Positions 1-12,929 of a stretch of 64,000 bases of DNA are shown here, one piece after another (within the stretch, counting starts at the first letter, position 1; each line of letters starts with the position of its first letter). A program made the position numbers and the translations under genes. Under the pieces are notes generated by a model. The model worked only from the letters and a program-made list of their open reading frames with translations. It was not told where the DNA came from and did not search any database. Source of the DNA: an uncultured Alphaproteobacteria bacterium (GTDB lineage Bacteria; Pseudomonadota; Alphaproteobacteria; Caulobacterales; Caulobacteraceae); contig CAVTAH010000004.1 of the NCBI GenBank assembly GCA_963732685.1, positions 10,706 to 74,705 on the forward strand, written 5' to 3'.

Positions 1-709
1 GATCGAGCGCCTTGCGCGGGCCCTCCGGCCGGGAAACCACGCTCGTCTCCTCGCCGGTCACAAGGTCGCGGCGGACGATGGTCCACTCGTCCATTTCGTC
101 CAGCGAAGCGCCGCCCACATGCCGAGCGGCATAGAGGAACCGGCCGTCCGGAGAGACCGCCGCGCCCAGGGTGCTGCGCCACGCCGAGCGCGGCGCATCC
201 GGCGTGTCGCGAACGGGGATCAGCAGGGTGGCCGTTCCGTCCAGTCCGAAGCGCCACAGTTCGTAGCTCTGCAGGTCGGCCCGGTAGCGGCTGACGTACA
301 GCGTCCGTCCGTCGGGCGCCCAAGCGGGCGAGACGACCTGGGTGTCGTCGTGGAAGGCGGAGATCGCGCGCGGGTTCGCCCCGTCCGCGTCCATCACCCA
401 CAGGTTCTCGGACCCCGAGCGGTCGCTGACAAAGGCGATGCGCTGCCCGTCCGGCGAGAAGGCCGCCCCGGTGTCGAAGGCCATGCCGGCCGTGAGCGCC
501 AGGGCCGCGCCGCCGCTCGCCGGCATCGCGTAGAGATGGCCGAGGAGATCGAACACGATCGTCCGTCCGTCCGGCGAGACGTCGAGCGACATCCACGTCC
601 CCGCGCGCGCGTCGAAGGCGAGGTGGCGCGTCGGGGTGATCGGCAGGCCGGTCTCCGCTCGCGCTGTCCCCGCGACCAGCAAGAGCGCGAGGACGAAGGC
701 GCGGATCAT
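1..709 (-). CDS. Exported PD40/TolB-like beta-propeller protein, probably the N-terminus of an amidohydrolase (runs off the window edge)
   Basis: Not in the ORF track. Manual translation from ATG at 709: MIRAFVLALLLVAGTARAETGLPITPTRHLAFDARAGTWMSLDVSPDGRTIVFDLLGHLY...FSPDGQRIAFVSDRSGSENLW, i.e. a signal peptide plus SPDG repeats. ATGA overlap with the upstream gene. Confidence 0.85.
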   Translation of the reverse strand, partial: MIRAFVLALLLVAGTARAETGLPITPTRHLAFDARAGTWMSLDVSPDGRTIVFDLLGHLYAMPASGGAALALTAGMAFDTGAAFSPDGQRIAFVSDRSGSENLWVMDADGANPRAISAFHDDTQVVSPAWAPDGRTLYVSRYRADLQSYELWRFGLDGTATLLIPVRDTPDAPRSAWRSTLGAAVSPDGRFLYAARHVGGASLDEMDEWTIVRRDLVTGEETSVVSRPEGPRKALD

Positions 710-1950
710 GGATGGGGCGCGTAGCGGTCGCGCAGCAGGGTTTGGCGGCTGACCAGCGAGACGGGCTCGCCGGCCACGAAGACCGCCACGGGCGCGCTGG
801 CCGGCTCAAGCGGGTCGCCGTCCCAGATGACCACGTCCGCGTCCGCGCCCGGCGCGAGCGTCCCCGCGCCGCCGGCCATGCCGAAGATCGCGGCCGGCGA
901 CCGCGTGATCGCGGCCAAGGCCGCGTCGTAGGGAAGGCCGTTGGCGACGGCCAGCCCCGCGCCCCATCGGATCGCCTCGCCCACGGTGTAGCTGAGATAG
1001 ACCGTGTTGCCGGAGACGAAGATGGCGATCGGCACGCCGGCCCTGGCCAGGATCACCGCGTTGTCGGCCCGCGCGCCGATCTGGTCGAAGGTTTGGGGCA
1101 GATCCATCTGCGGATCGAGGATCACCGGCACGCGGGCCGCCGCCAGTTCGCCGGCCACGCTCCAGGCCTCCGCGCCGCCCCAGATCGCCACGCGCACCTT
1201 CTCCTCACGGCCGAGCACGAGGGCCTGCCGGATGTCGGCGGCGCGGTCGGCCTGGATGACGAGCGGCGTCGCGCCCGAGAGCACGGGGCGAAGGGCCTCG
1301 AGATCGGGCCTGCTGTTCAGCCGCTGTCGCGGATCGTCGGCCGGCGTTCCCATGCGCCGCGCTTCGTCCAACGCGTTGCGGATCAGGCCCCAAGCCACCG
1401 CGCGGGAGCCGAGCTTCGCTGGATCGGGGCGGGCGATCACGGCCAGTTCCGCCGCCCGCGCCCGTTCCACCGCGCCGCCCGGCGGCAGGAGCCGGACGAC
1501 GGCGCCCTGCCCGGCGAACACGCCGTTCCCGGGCGAGGGAAGGATCAGCGCCCGCGTCAGACCGTCCGCCCGCGCCACCGGAAGCTGGGTCGAGTTGGCG
1601 TCGAACGCGTAGCTCACATCGAGCGCCGCGCCGATCGGCGCCTGGGCGCCGGCGGCCCGATCGTCGGTATCGGAAGCGCCGTTCACCTCGGAAAGGCCGA
1701 GCTGGGTGGCGGCGCTCACGAGCCCGGGCGTCACGGGTTGGCCCCTGGCGTCCACCACGCGCGCGCCGTTCGGGACCGCGCCGTGGGCGGTGACCGAGAC
1801 GATGCGGCCGCCGTCCAGCACCACGGTCGCGTCCTCCACCGTCCCGGCTGCCGTCACGGTGTAGGCGCGGGCGTGGACGATGGCGGTGGCCGCGCGCGCG
1901 CCGCTCGCCAGCGCCAAGGCGGCGAGGCCCAGGGCGGCGAGCCGCCTCAA
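706..1950 (-). CDS. Amidohydrolase-family protein, exported, with the metal-binding HxH motif degenerate
   Basis: TTG start overlapping the upstream TGA, signal peptide, VTPGLVSAATQ where PG.ID.H.H is expected, C-terminal GTLAPGADADVVIWDGDP. Confidence 0.85.
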   Translation of the reverse strand: MRRLAALGLAALALASGARAATAIVHARAYTVTAAGTVEDATVVLDGGRIVSVTAHGAVPNGARVVDARGQPVTPGLVSAATQLGLSEVNGASDTDDRAAGAQAPIGAALDVSYAFDANSTQLPVARADGLTRALILPSPGNGVFAGQGAVVRLLPPGGAVERARAAELAVIARPDPAKLGSRAVAWGLIRNALDEARRMGTPADDPRQRLNSRPDLEALRPVLSGATPLVIQADRAADIRQALVLGREEKVRVAIWGGAEAWSVAGELAAARVPVILDPQMDLPQTFDQIGARADNAVILARAGVPIAIFVSGNTVYLSYTVGEAIRWGAGLAVANGLPYDAALAAITRSPAAIFGMAGGAGTLAPGADADVVIWDGDPLEPASAPVAVFVAGEPVSLVSRQTLLRDRYAPHP

Positions 1951-3321
1951 GGCGCGCGCCCCAGCGTCACATCGGAGACCGGCGCGCCGGCGCTCCGGTC
2001 GAAGGCGAGCGCGCCGTCGATGAAGACCAGGTCCGGCTTGGCATAGACGCTGAACGGATCGGCCGACCACAGCACCACGTCCGCGTCATAGCCCGGCGCC
2101 AGGGTCCCGATCCGGTCGCCGAGCCCCATCGCCTTGGCCGGATTGCGGGTGATCCAGGCGATCACGTGCTCGGGCGGTAGGGCGAGCCCCGCCCGGCGGC
2201 CCGAGGCCGCGGCCTTGCCCGCCTCCACGTTGAGCCATTGGCCGAGAAACGGGGAGTCGGAGTGCATGGTCACGCAGACCCCGGCGGCGTCGAGGAAGGC
2301 GGCGTTCTCGCGGATGCCGTCGAGCGCCTCCATCTTGAAGCCCCACCAGTCCGACCATACCGCCGCGCACACCCCGGCCTTGGCCAGCATGGGCGCGATC
2401 TTGTAGCCCTCGACCGCGTGGTGGAAGGCGGCGATGCGGAAGCCGAGCTCGCGCGAGAGGTCGAGCATCACCGCCATCTCCGAGGCGCGGTAGCAGTGGA
2501 TGTGGACGGCGATCGTCCCGTCCAGCACCGCGGCCAAGGTGTCGAGGTTCTGGTCGTCCCGCGGCCGCTGGCCCTCGGCCGGATCGGCGAGGTAGCGCCG
2601 CCAGTGCTCGCGATAGTCCCTGGCCTCGGCGAACGCGTGGCGGATGTAGGCGACCTCGCCTTCGACGCTCATGGGACCGCGGCCCTTCTCCACATCGAAG
2701 GTTTTGGGGTTCTCGCCGCAGGCCATCTTCATCCCTTGCGGCGCTTCGGGCATCTTCATCGCCTGCATCGTCACCGCCGGGATGGGATGAACGACCACCG
2801 AGCGGCCGCCGAACACCGGCGTCGAGCCGGGCAGGATCTGCAGGGTGGTCACCCCGCTCGCCAGCGCGGCGCCGAAGGCTGGATCGTCGGGGCGCACGGC
2901 GGTCTCGATCCAGGTGCCCGCCGCGTTCGGGTCCGAGAGTTCGGCCACGTCCGAGGCCTCGGCGTCCACCGCCGTCTGCGGCAGGTGATAGGTCCCGTCG
3001 TGGGTGTGGATGTCGATGATCCCCGGCGTGACCCAGCGCCCGTGCGCGTCGATCACCCGCGCGCCCTCCGTCGCGAGGTGGTGGCCCACGGCGGCGACCT
3101 TGCCGCCGCGCAGGAGCACCTCGCCGTCGTCCAGGCGATGGCCGGCTCCGTCGAGAACGGTGGCGTGGACGATCAGCACCGGCGGAGCATCCGGCGCGTG
3201 GTAGGTGCTGGGGAACGGGTCTTCGGCCCAGGGCGCCACGCGGGCCGGCGCCTGCGCCTTGGCCTGAACCGACGCGCCCGACCGACACGCCGAGCAGGAC
3301 GACGAGCAGGGCGCGGATCAT
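1947..3321 (-). CDS. Amidohydrolase-family protein, exported (one frameshift near 3277)
   Basis: TPGIIDIHTH, HIHCY, FHHAVE, HSD and GTLAPGYDADVVLW motifs. The signal peptide MIRALLVVLL lies in a different frame, and removing one G rejoins the two parts. Confidence 0.85.
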
Positions 3322-3340
3322 GCCCGCGCCCCCCGCGCCA

Positions 3341-5520
3341 TCAGAACCGCTTGGTGATCGTGCCGATCACTTGGCGGCCCGCGCCGTAGAAGCAGCCCGC
3401 CGGTCCCGAGCAACGCGCCACATACGCCTTGTCGAACAGATTGGAGGCGTTCACCGCGATGCGCCAGCCCGGCATGTCATAGTGGACGATGGCGTCGAAC
3501 AGGGTCGCCGCCTGGCCGTCGTACACCACCGGATTGAACGGCCCGGGCAGGCTGCCGGCGCTGCCGTCGGTGTAGCGGACGCCGAAGCCGAAGCCGAGGC
3601 CGGCGATCGGTCCCTTCGACAGGGTGTAGTCGCCGAACAGCGAGGCCTTGTTCTCAGGGGTGGTCGGCAATGGATTGCCGACCTCGGCCGGCGTGCTGCT
3701 CGCGACCACCCGGGAGTGATTGTAGCTGTAGGCGCCGTTGATCGAGAGGCGGTCGTAGAAGCGCGCCACGAACTCGAGTTCCGCGCCGTAGACTTCGACG
3801 CGTCCGGTCTGGGTGCCGAACACCGGGGTGATCGAGGGCGTGGTGCTGACGATGTTGTTCTGGTGCAGGTCGAAGACGGCGACGGTGGCGAACAGCTTCA
3901 CGCCAGGCGGCAGGCTGCGGGCGTCGAACTTGACCCCGCCCTCCACCTGGTCGCCGGAGCTGGGCTTGAACGCCTGGCCGGTCACCGAATCCGTTCCGAG
4001 CACCGGCTCGAACGAGGTCGCGTAGCTGATGTAGGGGGCGATCCCGTACTTGGTCACATAGCTGGCGCCCGACCCGGTAGGTGAACTTGTCCTGCTTGGT
4101 GTCGGTCCCGGCGACGCGATCGAGAATATCGACCCAGTCGTATCGGCCGCCGAGGGTGACGTAGAGATCCGAGAACTTGAGCTGGTCCTGGCCGTAGACG
4201 CCGGTCTGCCGCAGCCGCTCGTCGTTATACGGGGTGGGATAGCCGAGGTTGGTCTGGACCGTCGCAGGGTAGACCGGGTTGTAGGCGTCGACCACGGAGC
4301 CGGGGAAGCCGAAGCCGTAGGATGCGCTGTTGTAGACCTGCCGATAGTCGACGCCGACCAGCGCCTTCTGGCTGATCGGGCCGGTGTCGAAGTTGACGTC
4401 GAGGCGGTTGTCGGCGGCGAAGCTGCCGACGTGCTCGCGATAGGTGAAGTTGTACTCGCTGACCGTGCGATAGTAGTCCGGCATGGTCGGGTCGGTGGTG
4501 TTGACGAGGCCGCCGCCGGGATAATAACCGATCGGCGTCTTCTCCAGGTATTCGCTCCACTTCACATTGGAGTGGAATTGCACGTTGCTGGAGAAGTCGT
4601 GCTCGTAGTCCCAGCCGATCGCGCCCTGGTTGCGCACGTACTTGTCTCGCGGATCGTCCAGGTTGACGTTGCGCTGGATCGTGCCGTTGGGATTGGGCAG
4701 CAGGGTGCCGTAGACCGGGAGGAAGCCGCCGTCGCCGCCGTTCAGCTCGTCGTACTGGTAATACATCAGCACGGTGAAGCGATCGTTCGGACCGAGCTTC
4801 AGCGTCGCGGTCGGCGAGATCAGCAGACGCTTGGCGTTGATGTGGTCGATCTCGTCGCCGCGATCGCGGTAGAGGGCCGTCAGCCGCGCGTCGAGGAAGG
4901 GCGCGATCGGGCCGGTGACCGTGCCTTCGATCTCGCCGAAGTTGTAGGAGCCATAGCGGCCCTGCAGCTCGCCGCCGAAGGTCGAGGACGCGCGCCGGCT
5001 GGTCTCGTTGTAGATCCCGCCGGGAGGGGCGTTGCCGTAGAGGGTCGACGCCGGGCCTTTGAGCAGGTCGAGCGACTGGAAGGCGTAAAGGTCCACGCCG
5101 TTCGACGAGATGGTGGTGGTCGCCGGCGCGGCCAGGCCGTCGATGTACTGCTTGGGCGTGAAGCCGCGCACGTTGATGAAGTCGTAGCGCAGGTCCGGGC
5201 CCGTAGTTCTCGCCGGAGACGCCGGCGACGTAGCGAACCGCCTGTTGTGCGTCGACGAAGTCCAGAAGGTCGATCTGGTCGCGGGTCACCACGGTGATCG
5301 ACTGCGGCGTCTGGATCAGCGGGATGTTGGTCTTGGTCGCGGTCTGCTCGCCTTCGGGCACATAGTGCCGGGCGGTGACCACCACCTCGCCCACCGAGCT
5401 GCGGGTGGTCTGGACCGAGGACGAGGTCTGGTCGTCCTGGGCGCGGGCCGCGCCGGCGACAAGCGCGATCAGGCTCGCGCCGATGGCCAGATGGGAGGCG
5501 CGCGTGCGGGCTGGCGTCAT
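3341..5520 (-). CDS. TonB-dependent (siderophore-type) receptor, split by two +1 frameshifts (about 5198 and 4068)
   Basis: TonB box EVVVTA, plug ATKTNIPLIQTPQSITVVT, LKGPASTLYG, C-terminal F. Three ORF pieces join when one base is removed in each of two G/C runs. Confidence 0.9.
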
Positions 5521-5651
5521 GATGAACCCCCTTGTTTCAAGGTTTGGTCGTCCGTTCTCGGACAGACCGTTGCGGTGAGGCTAGCAGAGCCGCCGCGCCG
5601 GCCAATGACGGCCCGGGTCGGTTTTTATCGCGAGCGGGCCGGGGGCCTGGC

Positions 5652-6263
5652 CTAATCCGACCCGCGATGCTGGTCGGCCATGAGCCGGGCGAGATCCGGA
5701 TCATCGATCCCCTCAACGATCTCGTCGAAGATCCGGGGCGACTCGTCCTGGCCCACCTTGAACACGGCGTGCCGCTCGATGACCCGGGCGCGGAACGCGA
5801 CGATCGCCCGCAGCATCCCCTCCATCCGCTCGCCCATGCGCTCGGTGGTCCAGGGTTCGGCCTCCTTGGCCTCGAGCGCGGCCGCCAGCCGGTCCACCGC
5901 CGCGTGCGTCTCTTCGGGAACGAAGCGCAGCTCGGTCTCGAACCAAGCGCTCGCGTAGTTCCAGGTCGGTCCCCAGTCCGGCTTGGAAACCAGCTTCGGG
6001 GCCACATAGGCCTGGGGCCCCTGGAAGAGGATCAGCGCTCGCGGATCGCGCTCCAGGATTTCCACTTGCCGGTTGGCCCGGGCGAAATGGCCGAACAGGG
6101 CGACCACCCGGCCGTCGTCGTCGCACTCGGCCAGGAGCGGCAGCAACGTCGCGGCGCTTTCCGCAACAGCGGGCGAGATCACCCAGGCCAGGGGATTGGC
6201 GGCGATCAGGTCGGCGATGTCCCGTTCGCGGCGAGGCGAGAATGGCGCGTCGGGTCGGGGCAT
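5652..6263 (-). CDS. FMN-binding split-barrel protein, PaiB-like
   Basis: GHFARANRQ, FQGPQAYVAP, PTWNY and FKVGQD motifs. Confidence 0.85.
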   Translation of the reverse strand: MPRPDAPFSPRRERDIADLIAANPLAWVISPAVAESAATLLPLLAECDDDGRVVALFGHFARANRQVEILERDPRALILFQGPQAYVAPKLVSKPDWGPTWNYASAWFETELRFVPEETHAAVDRLAAALEAKEAEPWTTERMGERMEGMLRAIVAFRARVIERHAVFKVGQDESPRIFDEIVEGIDDPDLARLMADQHRGSD

Positions 6264-6495
6264 GGCCGCGCAATTCCAGCAAACGCCCTCGAAGGCAATG
6301 CGCTCGGTGGTTGGGGCGAGCTTGCGTGAGCTGCGCCTCGGCCGTTGCGACCACGAGCCCAACCTACGGATGGGATCGCGGCGAAGCCGAGCTGCCGGGC
6401 TGAGGTCCCACGGTTCTGGAGATCGGCGACGACCCGGCAGCGCGCTGGTTGGATTGGCGCCCGCAGGTTAGGTTGCGACGCCGGGATGCGGGGCG

Positions 6496-8565
6496 ATGAC
6501 GCGAAACAGAGCGACGGATCGACGAGAGTTTCTAGCGGCGGCCGCCGCCCTCGGCGCGACGGTGGTCTGGCCGGTTGGCCGGGCGGTCGCTTCCAGCGTT
6601 TCCTGGCGGGAGAACCGAAGCCTCTATCCGCAGGGGGTCGCGTCCGGGGATCCCGATCACCACAGCGTCATGCTTTGGACGCGGCGGCCTTGGCCGGGGC
6701 GCTCACGCGGCAGCCTGAGGGTCGAGGTCGCGATCGACGAGGCGTTCCGGCGCGTCATCGCCACGGCTCACGCGCCGGTCCTGGCGGAGGCGGACTGGAC
6801 CTGCCGGGTTCTCGTCGGCGGCCTCGAGCCGGCGACGGTCTATTGGTATCGCTTCACCGACGCGGACGGCGCGGGGAGCCGCATCGGCCGCACCATCACC
6901 GCTCCGCCGCCCGACGATCCGCGGACCGTCCGCTTCGCCTTCGTCTCGTGCCAGAGCGTCAACGAGGGGGCTCAGAACGCCTACCGACGGATGATCTGGG
7001 AGGACCAGCGCGCCGCGCCCGACCGGCGCCTCGGCTTCGTCCTGCATCTCGGCGACTTCATCTACGAGGTGGTCGAATACCCCGACGAGGTTGCGCACCG
7101 CTACGACCGCACGGTCTACGACATCGGACGGGTGCCGGATGGGCGCAAGGTCGGCAACTTCCATGTGCCGACCACCCTGGACGGCTACCGCATGGTCTAC
7201 CGCGCCCACATCGACGATCCCGACGTGCAGGACGCGCGGGCGTATTTCCCCTTCATCTGCATCGGCGACAACCACGAGTTCTCCTGGCAGGGCTGGCAGA
7301 GCTTCATCACCTATGGCGGCCCCGCGGAGCCGGCGCAGGCGCTGCGCGTCGCGGCCAATCAGGCCTGGTGGGAATACATCCCCTCGCGGGTTCGCAAGGC
7401 TTCGGGCGACGGCCTGGCCGCCTTCGCGCCGCCGCCGGTGAGCGACCAACCCATCATCCCGATCGACGACGACGGCCTGGGGATCGAACGCAACAACCTG
7501 GTCGCGATCGGCAGCATGACCGGCTACCGCGCCATCGCCTACGGCCGGCATGTCGACCTGATCCTGACGGATTTCCACTCTTACGCCATGCGGGATCCGA
7601 CGAGCCGGCCGGAGGCGGAAGCCTTCGACCTGCCCGATTTTCCCGAGCTGTTCCCGCAGGAAGCGCTGGAGGTGCTCGACGCCGGGCGCGGCGACGACAG
7701 CGGCCGCCCGCCCGACACCATCGCCTTCGACGGGAAGGCGATCCCCAACTTCCGCAAGGACGAGCCGACCTTCACCGTCATGGGCAAGACCCAGAAGGCG
7801 TGGCTCAAGCAGCGCCTCGCGAGCTCGACCGCGACGTGGAAGATCTGGGGAGCGACCAACGGCACGCTCGACATGCGCACCGATCCCCAGAACCTGCCCG
7901 CCGGCCTGACGCGGCCCTGGCCGGGAAAGGGCTACGCCACCTTCGGCGGCGGAGACTTCAGCGCGGCGCTGAGCGAGCGCGCCGAACTCTATGACTGGAT
8001 CCGGGACAAGGGCGTGACGGGCTTCGTCACCGTCTCGGGCGATCGCCACAGCTTCTGGGCCGGCTACGCGGCCAAGACGCTGCCGCCAGAGCCCTTCGAG
8101 CCGGTCGGGATCACCTTCATCACCGGTTCGCTCTCGGCGGCCGGTCTGGCCGAGGCGCTCGAGCACAAGCTCAAGGACCATATCCTTCGCCCGCTCTACG
8201 TCGTCGAGCGGCCGGCCGGCTATGAATCGACGATCAACCTGACGATCAAGCGCGGGGTGCGCAGCGCCCTGGAGTACGCCCGCAGCGGCGACATCGATCG
8301 GGCCCGCGCTGCGACGAACCCCGACCTGGCGCCGCATCTGGAGTTCGTCGACATGGGCGGTCACGGCTATGCGGTGGTGACGGCGGGGCCGGACGCCATC
8401 GAGACGGAGTTCGTCTGCGTGCCGCGGCCCATACGCCGCGCCGAGACGCCGGACGGCGGCCCCCTGCGCTACCGCGTGTCGCATCGGGCCGAGCGCTGGG
8501 CCAAGGGCGAACGGCCTCGGTTGGCTCAGCGCGTGATCGAAGGCGACCCGAAGCTGTCGGTTTAG
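6496..8565 (+). CDS. phoD: Alkaline phosphatase D family protein with Tat signal
   Basis: DRREFL twin-arginine signal, GVASGDP, HLGDFIYE, DNHE and SGDRH motifs. Confidence 0.9.
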   Translation: MTRNRATDRREFLAAAAALGATVVWPVGRAVASSVSWRENRSLYPQGVASGDPDHHSVMLWTRRPWPGRSRGSLRVEVAIDEAFRRVIATAHAPVLAEADWTCRVLVGGLEPATVYWYRFTDADGAGSRIGRTITAPPPDDPRTVRFAFVSCQSVNEGAQNAYRRMIWEDQRAAPDRRLGFVLHLGDFIYEVVEYPDEVAHRYDRTVYDIGRVPDGRKVGNFHVPTTLDGYRMVYRAHIDDPDVQDARAYFPFICIGDNHEFSWQGWQSFITYGGPAEPAQALRVAANQAWWEYIPSRVRKASGDGLAAFAPPPVSDQPIIPIDDDGLGIERNNLVAIGSMTGYRAIAYGRHVDLILTDFHSYAMRDPTSRPEAEAFDLPDFPELFPQEALEVLDAGRGDDSGRPPDTIAFDGKAIPNFRKDEPTFTVMGKTQKAWLKQRLASSTATWKIWGATNGTLDMRTDPQNLPAGLTRPWPGKGYATFGGGDFSAALSERAELYDWIRDKGVTGFVTVSGDRHSFWAGYAAKTLPPEPFEPVGITFITGSLSAAGLAEALEHKLKDHILRPLYVVERPAGYESTINLTIKRGVRSALEYARSGDIDRARAATNPDLAPHLEFVDMGGHGYAVVTAGPDAIETEFVCVPRPIRRAETPDGGPLRYRVSHRAERWAKGERPRLAQRVIEGDPKLSV

Positions 8566-8645
8566 CCACGCCATGGCTCCCTCGGCCAGCCGGGGAGATC
8601 AGACCTTGTATGGCCCGCGAGCCGCCGCCGCGCTAACCCTCTCCC

Positions 8646-8975
8646 ATGGCGCAGAAGAAGCGGGCACTCGAGGTCGAGATCGAGGTCGACGGTGAGGGGT
8701 ACGTCTGGCGGGTGCAGCGTCAGCCGCTGTGGTCCAGCGACACCGCGGACTGGCGCGGGATGGCGATCGCCGTACGTCACCAGGAGGGCAAGCGGGAAGC
8801 CGTGCTGGAGTTTCCGCCGGCGCCCGCGCCCCGGCGCGGCACGCCGCTAATCCAGCCGGCGCAGATCCAGCCCGAGCTGGTGGCGAGGGCTATCGCCTCG
8901 GCGATCGCCGCGGGGTGGGATCCGCTGTCGCGGGGCAAGACGGTGGCGATCGTCGTGGATGCGGAGGGCGGCTGA
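8646..8975 (+). CDS. Hypothetical protein (109 aa)
   Basis: Fills the intergenic gap with host-like codon usage; AIAAGWDPLSRGK C-terminus. Confidence 0.7.
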   Translation: MAQKKRALEVEIEVDGEGYVWRVQRQPLWSSDTADWRGMAIAVRHQEGKREAVLEFPPAPAPRRGTPLIQPAQIQPELVARAIASAIAAGWDPLSRGKTVAIVVDAEGG

Positions 8976-8981
8976 GGGCGA

Positions 8982-9782
8982 TCAGCCTTCCAGGAGAAAC
9001 TCGGTCATCGCCGGGAAGGCGGTGCGGTCCTGAAGCATGAACAGGTGTCCGCCGTCGAAGAATCGCAGTCGCGCGCCGGGGATGCGGGCGGCCATGCGTT
9101 CCTGGGTCGCCGGCAGGGCGATGCCGTCGTGGCGGCCGGCGGCGATGAGCACCGGGCAGCGGATCTGGGGCAGGCGATCCCAGGTGTCGTGGTCCTTCCG
9201 CGCCTCGAGCTGGCGGCGGGCGCCCATGCGGCGGCCCGGCTCGTCGGCGAAAGGATCAGCGGCGCCCATTGCGACCAATTGTTCGTACAACTCGGCGTTG
9301 GCCGCTTGCCAGGCGGCGTCGCGGCGGGTGTCGCCGACGGGGATCAGTCTCCGCGCCCGCTCGACCGGGTCCAGATGGTCGACCTCATGGAACGGGAAGG
9401 AGGCCCCGCCCGCGCCGCCCGGCGAGGTGCAGGCGAGCACCAGCTTCTTCACCCGTTCGGGATGTCGTAGCGCCAGCTCCTGGGCGACCATGCCGCCGAA
9501 GGAGGCGCCCATGACCAGGGCCTCGTCCCAGCCTTGGGTCTCCATCAGCGCCGCGGCGTCGTCGGCGTAGTCGGCCATGGCGTAGGGCCGGTCTGGCTTT
9601 TCGGTCCGGCCGAGGCCCCGCTGGTCGAAGGCGAGCAGGTCGAAGCGCTTGGGCAGCGGACCGTCGAAGACGTTGGGCTTGACCCGCAGGTCGCCGCCGG
9701 TGCCGCTGACGAACAGCAGCGGCGGACCTGAGCCCGCCCGCTCGAAGTAGATCTCGATGCCGTTGGCGTGGGTGAAAGGCAT
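8982..9782 (-). CDS. Alpha/beta-fold hydrolase
   Basis: DQRGLG, GASFGG nucleophile elbow, GRHD, GGH. Confidence 0.9.
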   Translation of the reverse strand: MPFTHANGIEIYFERAGSGPPLLFVSGTGGDLRVKPNVFDGPLPKRFDLLAFDQRGLGRTEKPDRPYAMADYADDAAALMETQGWDEALVMGASFGGMVAQELALRHPERVKKLVLACTSPGGAGGASFPFHEVDHLDPVERARRLIPVGDTRRDAAWQAANAELYEQLVAMGAADPFADEPGRRMGARRQLEARKDHDTWDRLPQIRCPVLIAAGRHDGIALPATQERMAARIPGARLRFFDGGHLFMLQDRTAFPAMTEFLLEG

Positions 9783-9792
9783 CAGGGCGCGC

Positions 9793-10287
9793 TCACCAGA
9801 AGCGGCTGCCGGGAACGCCCTTGAACGGACCCGCCTCCTTCGAGGAGATCCAGCCGCCATAGAAGCCGCCGGGCTGGGGCGTCACGCGCTCGCCGTCGAG
9901 GAGGCATTCGTCAAAGGGAGCGGCGTAGAAGGCGACGTGGTCGCGCAAGCCCTCGAAGGCGGGGGTCGGGTTCGGGTAGCTCCAGGCCGCGTCGCGCAGC
10001 ACCTCGCCGCCCACGGAGACGTCGAAGTACACCGCCTGACCCTTCCACTCGCACAGCGAGCGCCGCGCCGTGCGATTCAGCAGGCCTGGCGTCACATCCC
10101 GGGGCGGGACGTAATAGGTGGGCGGGTGGCTGGTCTCCAGGGTGCGGACGGCGTTCACGGTGTCGGCCACCACCACGCCGCGGTGGACGATGCGGAGGTG
10201 GCGGGCGGTCGGCTCGGCGATGGCCGGGCGGGGATAGCGCCACACGCTCTCCTGGCCGGGGGCGGTGGGATCTGGGGTCACGCTCAT
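9793..10287 (-). CDS. DUF427 family protein
   Basis: ESVWRYPRP, LETSHPPTYY, CEWKG, AAWSYP, FYGGWI. Confidence 0.9.
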   Translation of the reverse strand: MSVTPDPTAPGQESVWRYPRPAIAEPTARHLRIVHRGVVVADTVNAVRTLETSHPPTYYVPPRDVTPGLLNRTARRSLCEWKGQAVYFDVSVGGEVLRDAAWSYPNPTPAFEGLRDHVAFYAAPFDECLLDGERVTPQPGGFYGGWISSKEAGPFKGVPGSRFW

Positions 10288-10416
10288 GGAGGCTCGCATG
10301 AGCCCGTCACGGCGCGGCGCCAAGCGCCGCTTGGCGATGGCGCCGATTTTCATGGCGCCGAAGTCGGCTTTCGCCCGTTCAGTGCGCAGCGGGGGGTCAT
10401 TCGAGTAGGAGTAACC

Positions 10417-10617
10417 ATGCCTCAACAAGCCCACACCAAGGCCGCCGAGCATCACGAAACGGCCGCCAAGGCTCACCGCACCGCGGCCGAGCATCACGGC
10501 AAGGGCGATCATAGCGCCGCTCACGAGCACTCCACCAAGGCGCACTCGCATTCGGACTCGGCGCACAAGTCGTCGACCGACGCGCACGGCAAGTCCGCGT
10601 CGCACGCCAAGAAGTAG
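10417..10617 (+). CDS. Small His/Ala/Lys-rich protein (66 aa), putative metal-binding helical hairpin
   Basis: AGGAG RBS 6 nt before the ATG; 14 His in heptad register; followed by a GC-rich hairpin. Confidence 0.85.
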   Translation: MPQQAHTKAAEHHETAAKAHRTAAEHHGKGDHSAAHEHSTKAHSHSDSAHKSSTDAHGKSASHAKK

Positions 10618-10693
10618 GCGACTTTAGAGGATCGGGGCGCGGCGCAAGCCGTCGCGTCCCCGTCTTGGCCCTGATGAAGGTCCGTTAGCGGGC

Positions 10694-10719
10694 AGAACCA
10701 ACACCCTTCGCGCCACGTT
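10694..10719 (+). promoter_or_regulatory. Near-consensus EcfG/SigT promoter of katE
   Basis: AGAAC-N17-CGTT against consensus GGAAC-N16/17-CGTT, about 27 nt before the ATG. Confidence 0.6.
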
Positions 10720-10746
10720 CCGGCTCGACGCCCAAAAGGAAACAGT

Positions 10747-12894
<2,148 letters not shown>

Positions 12895-12929
12895 GGCGCT
12901 CTCCCGTTCGTGGAAGCGGGGCGGCGGCT

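Noticed and set aside
5521-5651. Riboswitch or Fur box upstream of the TonB receptor
   Set aside because: No recognisable cobalamin/TPP core or AT-rich Fur-like palindrome by eye. An Rfam scan would be needed to exclude it.
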